A DNA stretch of 64,000 bases, taken from Wenjunlia vitaminophila DSM 41686 (GTDB taxonomy: Bacteria > Actinomycetota > Actinomycetes > Streptomycetales > Streptomycetaceae). The stretch is taken from positions 116,721 through 180,720 of the forward strand of contig NZ_KB904735.1 in NCBI RefSeq assembly GCF_000380165.1, read 5' to 3'. Positions within the stretch are counted from its first letter, which is position 1, and each line of letters starts with the position of its first letter. Positions 9,228 to 20,058 of this stretch are shown here, piece after piece. Position numbers and translations under genes: made by a program. The notes under the pieces are model-generated. The model was not told the DNA's origin and ran no database searches. It worked only from the letters and a program-made list of their open reading frames with translations.

Positions 9228-10010
9228 TCAGCTTCCCCTGACCCGGTCGAACCGCTTCATCCGGTCCAGCACCGCCGCCGCGGTGGGCCGGGGCATCTCG
9301 TCCACGATCCGTCCGTCGGCGAGGAACAGCACCAGGTCGGCGTGGGCCGCCGCGGCCGGGTCGTGGGTGACCATCACCACCGTCTGCCGCAGCTCGTCCA
9401 CCGCGCCGCGCAGGAACGCCAGCACCTCGGCGCTGGACCGCGAGTCGAGGTTCCCGGTGGGCTCGTCGGCGAAGACCAGCTCCGGGCGGGACGCCAACGC
9501 CCGGGCGCACGCCACCCGTTGCTGCTGGCCGCCGGAGAGCTGACCGGGGCGGTGGCGCAGCCGGTCGCGCAGGCCCAGGGTGTCGATGACCTGGTCCAGC
9601 CATCCCTGGTCGGGCCTGCGGCCCGCGATGTCCATGGGCAGGGTGATGTTCTCCGCCGCGGTCAGCGTCGGCAGCAGGTTGAACGACTGGAACACGAAAC
9701 CGATCCGGTCCCGCCGCAGCCGGGTGAGGCGTCGCTCGTTGAGCGCGGTGATCTCGGTGTCACCGACCCAGACCCGGCCGCTGGTGACCGAGTCAAGGCC
9801 GGCCAGGCAGTGCATCAGGGTGGACTTGCCCGACCCGGACGGCCCCATGATGGCGGTGAACCGGCCCCGGGCCAGGCCCACGTCCACCGAGTCCAGCGCC
9901 ACCACCCGCGTCTCGCCCTGACCGTAGGACTTGGTCAGGGCCTCCGCCCGGGCCGCCGCCGGCGCGTCGGGGACGAGGCCGAAGGTACGGCTGTGCGCGG
10001 GTGTCGCCAC
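9228..10010 (-). CDS. ABC transporter ATP-binding protein (MacB/LolD/FtsE-like); no adjacent permease
   Basis: Walker A GPSGSGKST, Q-loop, signature LSGGQQQRVACARAL, Walker B LVFADEPT, H-loop VTHD. Confidence 0.85.
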   Translation of the reverse strand: MATPAHSRTFGLVPDAPAAARAEALTKSYGQGETRVVALDSVDVGLARGRFTAIMGPSGSGKSTLMHCLAGLDSVTSGRVWVGDTEITALNERRLTRLRRDRIGFVFQSFNLLPTLTAAENITLPMDIAGRRPDQGWLDQVIDTLGLRDRLRHRPGQLSGGQQQRVACARALASRPELVFADEPTGNLDSRSSAEVLAFLRGAVDELRQTVVMVTHDPAAAAHADLVLFLADGRIVDEMPRPTAAAVLDRMKRFDRVRGS

Positions 10011-10141
10011 GGTTCCTCCCAGGGTCGGGCTGGCTGACCGGTGCCGCTCCGAGGATAGGGGGGTGTGACGTGGGGAACATCAGCCCGGGGGACCAGGGTG
10101 TCCCGGGCGGGTCGTACTCAGGAACGACACGGACCGGAGGC

Positions 10142-10885
10142 TCACCCGCGCCGCGGCGCGGGACCGGGCGGCGGGCCGTGCTCGCCGAGGAACGCCTCCC
10201 CGTCCCACGTCCCGAACAACTCCCCGGCCAGCCACCCCGGGGCCGCGCTCCGGAAGGCCTCCGGGGCCAGGGCCCCCGCACCCGCCGGCACGGAGCCCAG
10301 CAGCGGGGCACGCCCGACCACCGGCAGGTCGGCCAGGTTGCAGCGGCAGGCCAGGTCCGGGTGGGCCGGCCAACTCCCGATCACCGTGCCCAGGGGGGAC
10401 ACCCCGCGCCCGCGCAGCACCTCGGTGGTCAACGCCACCGCGTTCAGGGTGCCCAGGCCCGCCGCGGCCACCACGAGCACCGGGGCGCCCAGTTCGGCGG
10501 CGACGTCGGCCAGTGTCCCCGCGTCGTCGTCGAGGTGGACCAGCAGCCCGCCCGCGCCCTCCACCAGCACCAGGTCGTGCTCGACGGCCAGCTTCCGCAC
10601 GGCGACCGCCACGTCCCCGGGCCGTACCGCGGCGAGCCCCGCCCGGCGGGCGGCGGTGTTCGGCGCCAGCGGCTCCGGGAAGCGCGCCAACTCCCCCGTG
10701 GTGACGCCCCCGGCGAGCCGGGCCACCTCCTCGGCGTCCCCGGGCTCGCCGCCGAGCACCCCGGTCTGCGCCGCCTTCAGCACCGCCACCCGCCGGCCGG
10801 CCGCCGCCGCGGCCGCGGCCACCGCGGCGGTCACCACCGTCTTCCCCATCTCCGTGCCGGTGCCCGACACCACCAGGACGTCCAT
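10142..10885 (-). CDS. bioD: dethiobiotin synthetase
   Basis: MDVLVVSGTGTEMGKTVVTAA P-loop start, preceded by an AGGGAGG Shine-Dalgarno. An upstream in-frame TTG at 10915 would overlap the bioA stop in ATGA style, so the alternative start is 10915. Confidence 0.8.
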   Translation of the reverse strand: MDVLVVSGTGTEMGKTVVTAAVAAAAAAAGRRVAVLKAAQTGVLGGEPGDAEEVARLAGGVTTGELARFPEPLAPNTAARRAGLAAVRPGDVAVAVRKLAVEHDLVLVEGAGGLLVHLDDDAGTLADVAAELGAPVLVVAAAGLGTLNAVALTTEVLRGRGVSPLGTVIGSWPAHPDLACRCNLADLPVVGRAPLLGSVPAGAGALAPEAFRSAAPGWLAGELFGTWDGEAFLGEHGPPPGPAPRRG

Positions 10886-10911
10886 GCCGTTGATCGCCTC
10901 CCTCGCTGATC

Positions 10912-12294
10912 TCAACCCTGCTCGGCGCCCGCCACGACCGCCCGGCAGAGCACGGCGAGGTCCTCGTCACCGGTCACGTAGGGCGGCATCGTGTAGACGA
11001 GGTCCCGGAACGGCCGCAGCCACGCCCCGTGCCGGGCCGCCGCGGCGGTGGCCGCCGGGAGGTCCACCTCGTGGTCGAGCTGTACCACCCCGATCCCGCC
11101 GAGCACCCGCACCTCGCGCACCCCCGGCAGGTCCCTGGCCGGCGCGAGCCCGGCCTCGAGCCCCGCCTGGAGCCGCCGCACCTCGGCCCGCCAGTCCCGG
11201 GTGAGCAGCAGCTCCACCGACGCGTTGGCCACCGCGCAGGCCAGGGGGTTCCCCATGAACGTCGGTCCGTGGGCCAGCACCGGCACGGCACCCCGGGAGA
11301 TCCCCCGGGCCACCCGCGAGGTGCACAGCGTCGCGGCCAGGCTCAGGTATCCGCCCGTCAGCGCCTTCCCCAGGCACAGCACGTCGGGGCTGACCCCGGC
11401 GTGGTCGGCGGCGAACAGCTCCCCGGTGCGCCCGAAACCCGTGGCGATCTCGTCGAAGACCAGCAGGACCCCGTGCCGGTCGCACAGTTCCCGAAGTGCC
11501 CGCAGGTAGTGCGGGGAGTGGAAGCGCATCCCGCCCGCGCCCTGCACCACCGGCTCCACCACCACCGCGGCCAGCTCCGGCGCGTGCCGCTCCAGCAACG
11601 CGTCCAGGTGCGCGACGTAGTCGGGGTCGGGGTCGGCGGCGAAGCCGGCCGGGGGGCGGTCCGCGAAGACCTGCCGGGGAAGCACCCCCGTCCACAGGTG
11701 GTGCATCCCCCCGTCCGGGTCGCACACCGCCATGGGCTGCCAGGTGTCCCCGTGGTAGCCCCCGCGCCAGGTCAGCAACCTGGTCTTGTCCGGCCGCCCC
11801 ACCGAGCGCCAGTACTGCAGGCACATCTTCACCGCGACCTCGACGGACACCGAACCGGAGTCGGCGAGGAACACGTGCCGCAGCGGCTCCGGTGTCAGCT
11901 CCACCAGCGTCGTGGCCAGGCGCACCGCCGGCTCGTGGGTCAGCCCGCCGAACATCACGTGGCTCATCCGGTCGAGCTGGTCACTGACCGCGGCGTCCAG
12001 CACCGGGTGCCGGTACCCGTGGATCGCCGCCCACCAGGACGACATGCCGTCGATCAGCTCCCGCTGCCCGGCGAAGGGGGCGCCGAGGCGCAGGCGCACG
12101 CCGGAGGCGGACTCGACCAGGAGCGACTGCCGGCCGGGCATCGGACCGTAGGGGTGCCACACGTGCTCCCGGTCAAGCTCCAGGACCTGGTCGGGGGTGA
12201 GCGGTCGCCCGGTCCCGGGCGACCGCGGGGGCGCGGTCGCGAGCGGGGACGACCGGCGGGGGTGCGGGAGAGCGGGCGTCGGGGTCTCAGGCAT
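10912..12294 (-). CDS. bioA: adenosylmethionine-8-amino-7-oxononanoate aminotransferase
   Basis: Class-III aminotransferase. Conserved WHPY..., GYHGDT, PLP-lysine region [12 protein letters not shown]...[10 protein letters not shown]. Start placed at ATG 12292-12294 ([11 protein letters not shown]), after trimming an Arg-rich upstream extension. Confidence 0.85.
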   Translation of the reverse strand: MPETPTPALPHPRRSSPLATAPPRSPGTGRPLTPDQVLELDREHVWHPYGPMPGRQSLLVESASGVRLRLGAPFAGQRELIDGMSSWWAAIHGYRHPVLDAAVSDQLDRMSHVMFGGLTHEPAVRLATTLVELTPEPLRHVFLADSGSVSVEVAVKMCLQYWRSVGRPDKTRLLTWRGGYHGDTWQPMAVCDPDGGMHHLWTGVLPRQVFADRPPAGFAADPDPDYVAHLDALLERHAPELAAVVVEPVVQGAGGMRFHSPHYLRALRELCDRHGVLLVFDEIATGFGRTGELFAADHAGVSPDVLCLGKALTGGYLSLAATLCTSRVARGISRGAVPVLAHGPTFMGNPLACAVANASVELLLTRDWRAEVRRLQAGLEAGLAPARDLPGVREVRVLGGIGVVQLDHEVDLPAATAAAARHGAWLRPFRDLVYTMPPYVTGDEDLAVLCRAVVAGAEQG

Positions 12295-13462
12295 TGGGTG
12301 CCAGGTCCGTCCCGGCTCCCCGGCGGCGCACCGCGACCAGGTCGGGACGGGCGACACCGGTCGCACCCGGCGCCGCTGCCGGCGCGTCCCCTTCGGCCGT
12401 GCCCGCGGCAACCTGCGTGTCCCCGTCCTGCCGGGGCGGGGACACCTGGTGCGGGGACACCCGGTGCGGGGGCAGGGTGACCTCGTCGCTGCCCTCCACG
12501 GTGAACCCGGCATCGGCGATCATGTCCAGGTCCGCCCGCCCGGCCTGTCCCTCACTCGTCAGGTAGTCACCCAGGAAGATCGAGTTCGCCAGGTGCAGGG
12601 CCAGTGGCTGGAGGGACCGCAGGTGCAGCTCCCGGCCGCCGGCGAGGCGCACCTCGACGTCCGGGAAGACGAACCGGGTCATGGCCAGGATGCGCAGGCA
12701 CCGTTGCGGGGTCAGGTTCCACTCGCTGCCTAGCGGGGTGCCCTCGAACGGGATCAGGAAGTTCACCGGCACCGAGTCGGGGTCGAGCTCGCGCAGGGCG
12801 AACACCACGTCCACCAGGTCCTCGTCGGACTCGCCCATGCCGGCGATCAACCCCGAGCACGCCGAGAGCCCGGCTGCCCGGGCCTGCTGGACGGTGCTCA
12901 CCCGGTCGCCGAAGTCGTGGGTGGTGCAGATGTCGCCGTAGGTGGCCTCGGAGGTGTTCAGGTTGTGGTTGTAGGCGTCCGCGCCGGCCTCCCGCAGCTT
13001 CCCGGCCTGTCCCTCGGAGAGCAGGCCAAGACAGGCGCACACCTCCACGCCCTCGTTCTGCTCCTTGATGGCGGCGATCGTCTTCGACACCCGCTCCACG
13101 TCCCGGTCGGTGGGGCCGCGGCCGGACGCCACCAGGCACACGCGCTTCGCTCCGCCGGCCACCCCGGCGCAGGCCACCGCCGCGGCCTCCTCGGGCTTCA
13201 ACCAGCTGTACTTCAGGATCCCCGTGCTGGACCCCAACCGCTGTGAGCAGTACGAACAGTCCTCGGGGCACAACCCGGACTTGAGGTTGACCAGGTAGTT
13301 CAGCTTCACCCGGCGGCCGAACCAGTGGTTCCGCACCCTGCCGGCGGCGGCCACCACGTCCAGCGTCTCCGCGTCGGACGCGCCGAGCACCGCCAGCGCC
13401 TCCTCACGGGTCGGCGGCTGCCGGCGCAGTCCCTTGTCCACGAGCGTGTTCAACAGGTCCAT
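12287..13462 (-). CDS. bioB: biotin synthase (radical SAM)
   Basis: CPEDCSYC radical-SAM motif plus the second cluster Cys set. Overlaps the bioA start by 8 nt. The C-terminal Ala/Pro-rich tail is unusually long. Confidence 0.85.
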   Translation of the reverse strand: MDLLNTLVDKGLRRQPPTREEALAVLGASDAETLDVVAAAGRVRNHWFGRRVKLNYLVNLKSGLCPEDCSYCSQRLGSSTGILKYSWLKPEEAAAVACAGVAGGAKRVCLVASGRGPTDRDVERVSKTIAAIKEQNEGVEVCACLGLLSEGQAGKLREAGADAYNHNLNTSEATYGDICTTHDFGDRVSTVQQARAAGLSACSGLIAGMGESDEDLVDVVFALRELDPDSVPVNFLIPFEGTPLGSEWNLTPQRCLRILAMTRFVFPDVEVRLAGGRELHLRSLQPLALHLANSIFLGDYLTSEGQAGRADLDMIADAGFTVEGSDEVTLPPHRVSPHQVSPPRQDGDTQVAAGTAEGDAPAAAPGATGVARPDLVAVRRRGAGTDLAPNA

Positions 13463-13478
13463 GGCCTCAGATCCTACG

Positions 13479-13494
13479 GACCGGACAACCGGTC
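13479..13494. promoter_or_regulatory. inverted repeat GACCGG-acaa-CCGGTC in the bioB/bioF divergent intergenic region
   Basis: Perfect 6-4-6 palindrome 17 nt upstream of the bioB start. A CAAGATCGCTTG near-palindrome and a TGTGTACA word lie further into the 150 nt intergenic region. Confidence 0.25.
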
Positions 13495-13613
13495 ACCAGT
13501 GACGGAAAGAACAAGATCGCTTGATGGGCATGTGTACATCACGACAGTCCCAAGGTGGCTCGAGCCGCGCTACGTTGCCTGACGCAACCCCTGACGACCT
13601 CGAGGAACGAACC

Positions 13614-14759
13614 ATGGCTGAGGGCCCCTTCGACTGGCTCGACGAGCACGCCTGGCGTCGCGGCCGAGCAGGTCTGACCAGGACCCTGCGACCGAGGGCC
13701 GCCGACTCCCCGGTGCTCGACCTGGCGAGCAACGACTACCTCGGACTCACCCGCCACCCGCGGGTCACCCAGGGGGCGGCCTCGGCCGCGCTGCGGTGGG
13801 GCGCCGGGGCCACCGGCTCCCGACTGGTCACCGGCACGACCGCGCTGCACGCCGAGCTCGAGGCGGACCTCGCCGCCTGGTGCGGGGCCGAGGCCGCGCT
13901 CGTCTTCTCCTCCGGGTACGCCGCCAACATGGCCGCCGTCACCACGCTGACCGGTCCCGGCGCCCTGCTGGTCTCCGACGCCGCCAACCACGCCTCGCTG
14001 ATAGACGGCTGCCGACTGTCCCGGGCGACCACCGCCGTGGTGCCGCACGCCGACCCGGAGGCCGTGCGCAAGGAGTTGGCGGCGCACCCGGGACGGGCCG
14101 TGGTGGTCACCGACGGGGTGTTCTCCGTCAACGGTGACCTGGCGCCGCTGCGCGACCTGGCCGGGGTGTGCCGGCGGGCCGGGGCCGGGCTGCTGGTGGA
14201 CGACGCCCACGGCCTCGGGGTGGTCGGGGAACGCGGCACCGGCGCGGTGGCCGCCGCCGGGCTCGCCGGGGCCCCGGACGTGGTGACCACCGCGGTGCTG
14301 TCCAAGGCCCTGGGCAGCCAGGGCGGAGTGGTGCTCGGCCCCGCCCGGGTGATCAGGCACCTGGTGGACAACGCCAGGACGTTCATCTTCGACACCGCCC
14401 TGGCGCCGGCCGCGGTCGGCGCCGCGCTGGCGGCGCTGCGCCTGCTCCGGGAGGAGCCGGAACGACCGGCCAGGGCGCGCGAGGTCGCCCGGGACCTGTC
14501 CGACCGGCTCGCCGCGGCCGGACTGCGGACCACGGTGCCGGCGGCGGCCGTGGTGTCGGTGCTCGCGCCGTCCCCGCAGTCCGCGGTGGAGTGGGCCGCC
14601 GACTGCCGGGCCCGCGGGGTGGCGGTGGGGTGTTTCCGGCCCCCTTCCGTGCCCGACGGCCTCTCCCGGCTGCGCCTGACCGCCCGCGCCGACCTGACGG
14701 ATGATCAGATCGATCGTGCGGTGGCGGTGATCACCACCACCGCGCCGACGGCTCCCTGA
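13614..14759 (+). CDS. bioF: 8-amino-7-oxononanoate synthase
   Basis: Class-II aminotransferase fold, substrate motif LASNDYLGL, PLP-lysine region TAVLSKALGSQGG. Start chosen at MAEGPFDWLDEHAW because the ORF-track start at 13521 is a non-homologous extension. Confidence 0.8.
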   Translation: MAEGPFDWLDEHAWRRGRAGLTRTLRPRAADSPVLDLASNDYLGLTRHPRVTQGAASAALRWGAGATGSRLVTGTTALHAELEADLAAWCGAEAALVFSSGYAANMAAVTTLTGPGALLVSDAANHASLIDGCRLSRATTAVVPHADPEAVRKELAAHPGRAVVVTDGVFSVNGDLAPLRDLAGVCRRAGAGLLVDDAHGLGVVGERGTGAVAAAGLAGAPDVVTTAVLSKALGSQGGVVLGPARVIRHLVDNARTFIFDTALAPAAVGAALAALRLLREEPERPARAREVARDLSDRLAAAGLRTTVPAAAVVSVLAPSPQSAVEWAADCRARGVAVGCFRPPSVPDGLSRLRLTARADLTDDQIDRAVAVITTTAPTAP

Positions 14760-14914
14760 AAGGCACCCGTTGGCCGGCCCCCCCGGCACGGCCGCTCGGG
14801 CCGACACCGCGCGAGCGGATGCGCCGAACCCCTCCACCGCCACCACGCCGGGTGGCAAGGTGAACGACCCGACCGTCAGTTCGACCGAACGCACACGGGT
14901 GGGAAGGGTGACGC

Positions 14915-15082
14915 ATGGCAGTTCCGGAGGAGGCGTCCCTCACCCTGCCCACGGCCCCCGCGTCCGTCGCGCCCGCCGGACGCCACGTGCGGCAGACCCT
15001 CGAGGAGTGGGGGATGACCGGGGACACGGCGCCGCTCGACGCGGTGCGGCTGGTTGCCGCGCGTCGTCCTGCCCCGGACTGA
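14915..15082 (+). pseudogene. possible truncated N-terminal fragment of an RsbW-like anti-sigma factor/HATPase (55 codons)
   Basis: MAVPEEASLTLPTAPASVAPAGRHVRQTLEEWGMTGDTAPLDAVRLVAARRPAPD* resembles the N-terminus of anti-sigma HATPase proteins (SLxLPAxPASVAxARRxVRxxLxEWG...AELVVSELVTNA) but stops where the ATPase core should begin. Low confidence. Confidence 0.2.
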
Positions 15083-15210
15083 CCGCCCCTCCCGCCGTCC
15101 CGCGGGGCGCCACCCGTTCGTTGCTCCGCCAGCGGTCAGTGACGCGCCGATCAGCTCGCCCTCGGCGCGGGTGGGCGCCGGCAGCCGCGGAAGCCCGGGC
15201 ACCACCGTGG

Positions 15211-15843
15211 TCACCCCAGTGGGTGGGTGGTCAGGCCCTTGCGGGAACGGGTCACCAGGTCCACCAACCCGAACTCGACGGCCTGCTCGGCGGTGAGGAA
15301 CGTCTCCCGCTCGACGGCCTGGCTGATCTGCTCCGTGCTGCGCCCGGTGTGCCGGGCGAGCAGCTCCTCGAGCAGCCTCCGGGAGCGCTCGACCTCCCTG
15401 GCCTGGACCTCCAGGTCGCTGGCCTGCCCCTGGATCGGCTCCAGCAGTGCGGGCTGGTGGATGAGCATCCGGGAGCCGGGCAGGGCGAGCCGTTTGCCCG
15501 GGGTGCCCGCGGCCAGCAGCACGGCAGCGGCGGAGGCCGCCTGCCCCAGGCAGACCGTCTCGGTGTCGCAGGCGACGAACCGCATCGTGTCGTAGATGGA
15601 CGTCATCGCTGTAAGTGAGCCCCCGGGCGAGTTGATATAGAGCGAGATGTCCTGGTCCGGGTCGTTGTGCTCCAGGTACATCAACTGGGCGATCACGTCG
15701 TTCGCGGCGGTGTCGTCGATCTGCGTGCCCAGGAAGATCACCCGTTCGGAGAGCAGCTTGGAGTACGGGTCCATCGTCCGGAACCCGCTGCTGGTGCGCT
15801 CGTGGAACTCGGGTAGGACGTATCGGGCGGTCGGTCGGATCAT
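15211..15843 (-). CDS. clpP: ATP-dependent Clp protease proteolytic subunit (lone ClpP paralogue)
   Basis: Canonical N-terminus [29 protein letters not shown], catalytic Ser in GQAAS and His in MLIHQP. The position of the catalytic Asp appears to carry Glu ([10 protein letters not shown]). No clpX or second clpP is adjacent. Confidence 0.85.
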   Translation of the reverse strand: MIRPTARYVLPEFHERTSSGFRTMDPYSKLLSERVIFLGTQIDDTAANDVIAQLMYLEHNDPDQDISLYINSPGGSLTAMTSIYDTMRFVACDTETVCLGQAASAAAVLLAAGTPGKRLALPGSRMLIHQPALLEPIQGQASDLEVQAREVERSRRLLEELLARHTGRSTEQISQAVERETFLTAEQAVEFGLVDLVTRSRKGLTTHPLG

Positions 15844-15964
15844 CGCTGCGCCTCAACTTCCGGTGGAAACCAGTAGGTCAGAACGCCCACGGGGTCGCAA
15901 CTCGACGGCTGCGGCCCCGCCGCCCGTGGCAGCGCCCGGAGGATCGCGTACGGACGATGAAGAA

Positions 15965-15979
15965 TGTGCAGAATGTACA
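15965..15979. promoter_or_regulatory. paired palindromic hexamers TGTGCA-gaa-TGTACA upstream of the antitoxin start, putative autoregulatory operator or promoter
   Basis: Seen in an AT-rich stretch (gaatgtgcagaatgtacagaaagctagga) immediately 5' of the AGGA Shine-Dalgarno and the ATG at 15999. Confidence 0.3.
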
Positions 15980-15998
15980 GAAAGCTAGGATGGTGAGC

Positions 15999-16295
15999 AT
16001 GACCTACGAGATCCCGGTGACGCAGGCCCGGGCCGAGTTCGCGGACCTGATCAACCGCGTCGTCTACGGCGGGGAACGGGTGGTGGTCACCCGCCACGGC
16101 AAGCCGATCGTCGCCCTGGTCGCCCCCGCGGAGCTGGAGCGGCTCGACGGGTCGGCGGAGTCGGTGGTCGGCACGGTGCCCGCCGGGGAACCGGGCGGAC
16201 CCGCGTCCGGGGAGCGGCGCCGGTTCGGCATCGCCGCACACCACGACGGCCCGGACGCCGGTGGTGGGCGTCCGGGCCGTCAGGGGGCCGGCTGA
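15999..16295 (+). CDS. Phd/YefM-family type II antitoxin, apparently orphan (no toxin gene)
   Basis: MTYEIPVTQARAEFADLINRVVYGGERVVVTRHGKPIVALVAP is a canonical Phd/YefM N-terminal domain. AGGA lies 8 nt upstream. The ORF-track start at 15957 would read through the operator-like palindromes. The C-terminal 30 aa are low complexity. Confidence 0.7.
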   Translation: MTYEIPVTQARAEFADLINRVVYGGERVVVTRHGKPIVALVAPAELERLDGSAESVVGTVPAGEPGGPASGERRRFGIAAHHDGPDAGGGRPGRQGAG

Positions 16296-16301
16296 GCGCG
16301 G

Positions 16302-17648
<1,347 letters not shown>

Positions 17649-18725
17649 TCAGCCGACCGGCTGGGTGTGCGGGTTGCCGGGAGCCGTCGGGGTCTGCTGG
17701 TCGGCCGTGGCGACCTGGGTGGCCCGGGTGGGAGGCGTTCGCGTGGTGGGCGTGGGGGCGGGCGTGGCCGCGGCGCGCCGGGCGTGCGGGCGCAGCGCGC
17801 CCAGGACGATCGCGGCGAGGCCGAGCACCGACCAGGCGGTCAGGACGAGGCTGGGGCCGAGGGCCGCGTTGCCGTCGAAGAAGGACACGCTGCGCAGCAG
17901 GCTGCCGCCCGCCCCCGGGGGGAGGAGCTGACCGATCAGCCCGGCCGGCCGGGGGAGGAGCTCCGGCGCCGAGGGCACCCCGGAGAAGGGGTTGCCGAGC
18001 AGTACCACCAGCACCGCGCCCAGGCCCAGACCGGGGTGGCCGAGCAGGGCCGCGCACCCCGCCACCAGGGCGGCGCCGGCCAGCACGGTCAGGGACACCG
18101 AGCCGGCCACCGCCCACCAGTTGCCGGGCAGGATCTCCAGCCAACTGCTGGTCATGGCGGCGCTCACCGCGCCGATCAGCGCGGACGCGGCGAACAGGGC
18201 GGCGACGGAGCGACGGGCGCCCAGTCGTCCCATCGCGACCAGGAGCCCGGTGGCGACGGCGGCCAGGGCCAACGGCAGGACGCTGGCGCTCAACGCGCTG
18301 CCCCTGGGGTCGGAAGCCGGGGCCGGCACCACGTCCTCGACCTGCGGCGGGGCGTTCGGCGGCGTCTGGGAGGCGACGGCGTCGCGGAGCAACTGGGCGA
18401 CCGCCGGGCTCGCCGCTGACGCGGTCAGCAGCCGGGGGCCGCGCGGGGTGGTGACGACGGCGCCGTAGACATCGCGGTGCACGATCGCCCTCCGGGCGGC
18501 GGCCTCGTCAGCGAAACGGTGGACGTCGAAGGCGTCCCCGTGCTGCTCGAGCTGCTGCTGGACGGGGGCGGCGGCCTCGGCGGGGCCGGCCACCCCGACC
18601 GGCAGGTCCCGCGGTGCGGTGCGTGCGGCGGGCCAGGCGAACGCCCACAGGGCGAACGCGACCAGCACCGGCACCATCACCACGACGGCCACGGCGCGCC
18701 GGGTGGAGCTTGGGGGAGGGGGCAT
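17649..18725 (-). CDS. polytopic membrane protein, ABC-2/YhgE-Pip-like transporter permease family (TetR-controlled)
   Basis: One N-terminal TM, an extracytoplasmic domain of about 130 aa, then 5-6 TM helices. Divergent from a TetR gene. Family assignment from architecture only. Confidence 0.5.
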   Translation of the reverse strand: MPPPPSSTRRAVAVVVMVPVLVAFALWAFAWPAARTAPRDLPVGVAGPAEAAAPVQQQLEQHGDAFDVHRFADEAAARRAIVHRDVYGAVVTTPRGPRLLTASAASPAVAQLLRDAVASQTPPNAPPQVEDVVPAPASDPRGSALSASVLPLALAAVATGLLVAMGRLGARRSVAALFAASALIGAVSAAMTSSWLEILPGNWWAVAGSVSLTVLAGAALVAGCAALLGHPGLGLGAVLVVLLGNPFSGVPSAPELLPRPAGLIGQLLPPGAGGSLLRSVSFFDGNAALGPSLVLTAWSVLGLAAIVLGALRPHARRAAATPAPTPTTRTPPTRATQVATADQQTPTAPGNPHTQPVG

Positions 18726-18745
18726 GGCGTTCTCTCTCATAAAGC

Positions 18746-18813
18746 GAATGCTCGTTCTTTTTGGTGGGATCACTGTGGTGTCGGGTCCCCACCCTTGTCA
18801 AGAATGAACATTC
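18746..18813. promoter_or_regulatory. AT-rich divergent promoter region with related palindromes GAATGctCGTTC and GAATGaaCATTC (candidate TetR operators)
   Basis: Both motifs sit in the 80 nt between the membrane-protein start and the TetR start. The second overlaps a candidate TetR start codon. Confidence 0.3.
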
Positions 18814-18818
18814 GTTTT

Positions 18819-19448
18819 ATGATTAACGACATGGCTCGTACCTCCCAGGCCCACCTCGACGCGCGTCGCCGCCAGATCCTCGACGGGGCCCGGCGCGCCT
18901 TCACCCTCAACGGCTTCCACGCCACATCGATGCAGGACGTGCTCCGGGAGGTCGACCTGTCCGCGGGGGCCGTCTACCGCTACTTCCGGGGGAAGGAAGA
19001 GATCATCGCTGCCATCGCCATGGAGACCCTGGGCGACGTCAGGACCGCCTTCGACGCCGTCCTGGCCGCGGACCCCACCCCGCCGCTGGACGAGATCCTC
19101 GGCCGGGTGCTGTGGCAGGTCGGGTCCACGGGGGAGCCGGGGGAGGCGCGCGCCAGGGCCCGGCTGATCCTCCAGGTGTGGAGCGAGACCCTGCGCAACG
19201 CCGAGCTCGCCGCCGCCCTGGAGCGGGGGTTCACCGAGATGGCCGGCGCCTGGCAGGGGCTGGTGGAGAGCTACCAGCGGTCAGGGAGGATACGGGCCGA
19301 CATCCCCGCCGAGCAGGTGGCGCGCACCCTGCTCGGGCTGGTCCAGGGCTACCTGTCCCAGCAGGCGCTGTTCGACGAGGTCACCCCGGAGGTGTTCCAG
19401 AACGGCCTACGGGCCCTGATGTCCGCGGGCGCGGCGAACGTACAGTGA
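18819..19448 (+). CDS. TetR/AcrR-family transcriptional regulator
   Basis: N-terminal TetR HTH ([41 protein letters not shown]). Three in-frame ATGs (18804, 18819, 18831), none with a clear SD. Start uncertain. Confidence 0.8.
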   Translation: MINDMARTSQAHLDARRRQILDGARRAFTLNGFHATSMQDVLREVDLSAGAVYRYFRGKEEIIAAIAMETLGDVRTAFDAVLAADPTPPLDEILGRVLWQVGSTGEPGEARARARLILQVWSETLRNAELAAALERGFTEMAGAWQGLVESYQRSGRIRADIPAEQVARTLLGLVQGYLSQQALFDEVTPEVFQNGLRALMSAGAANVQ

Positions 19449-19453
19449 ACGCC

Positions 19454-19756
19454 ATGGACTTGACCCCGCGCGAGCAGGAGCTCTTACTCGTCCACGTCGC
19501 GGCCGACGTCGCGCTGCGCCGCCGGGCCAGGGGCCTGCGGCTCAACCACCCGGAAGCGGTCGCCGTGCTCACCGCCCACCTGCTGGAGGGGGTCAGGGAC
19601 GGCCGGACCGCCGCGGAGCTCGCGGAGTCCGGCCGCGCCGTGCTCACCCGTGACGACGTGCTGGAGGGAGTGCCCGAGATGATCCCCGAGGTGCGGGTGG
19701 AGGCCACCTTCCCCGACGGCGCCCACCTGGTCACCGTCCACCGGCCGATCGGCTGA
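19454..19756 (+). CDS. ureA: urease gamma subunit
   Basis: 100 aa, [12 protein letters not shown]...[29 protein letters not shown], near-identical in pattern to Klebsiella UreA. Confidence 0.85.
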   Translation: MDLTPREQELLLVHVAADVALRRRARGLRLNHPEAVAVLTAHLLEGVRDGRTAAELAESGRAVLTRDDVLEGVPEMIPEVRVEATFPDGAHLVTVHRPIG

Positions 19757-19761
19757 CCGCC

Positions 19762-20058
19762 GTGGTCCCCGGGGAGGTCCTGGCCGGCACCGAGCCCGTG
19801 CCGCTGAACGCCGGGCGCGAGCCCGTGCGGCTCACCGTGCGCAACACCGCGCGGCATCCCGTGCTGGTCGGTTCCCACCATCCCTTCGCCGAGGTCAACG
19901 CCGAGCTGGAGTTCGACCGCGGCTCCGCGCGGGGGCTGCGGTTGCACGTCCCGGCCGGCACCACCGTCCGGTTCGACCCCGGGGTCGAGCTCGAGGTGGA
20001 CCTGGTGCCCTTCGGCGGGTTACGGCCACCGCGGGGGACCGGGGGTGTGTCCTCATGA
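19762..20058 (+). CDS. ureB: urease beta subunit
   Basis: GTG start 6 nt after the ureA stop. LNAGRE...VGSHHPFAEVNAELEFDR...VPAGTTVRFDPG matches UreB. Confidence 0.85.
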   Translation: MVPGEVLAGTEPVPLNAGREPVRLTVRNTARHPVLVGSHHPFAEVNAELEFDRGSARGLRLHVPAGTTVRFDPGVELEVDLVPFGGLRPPRGTGGVSS

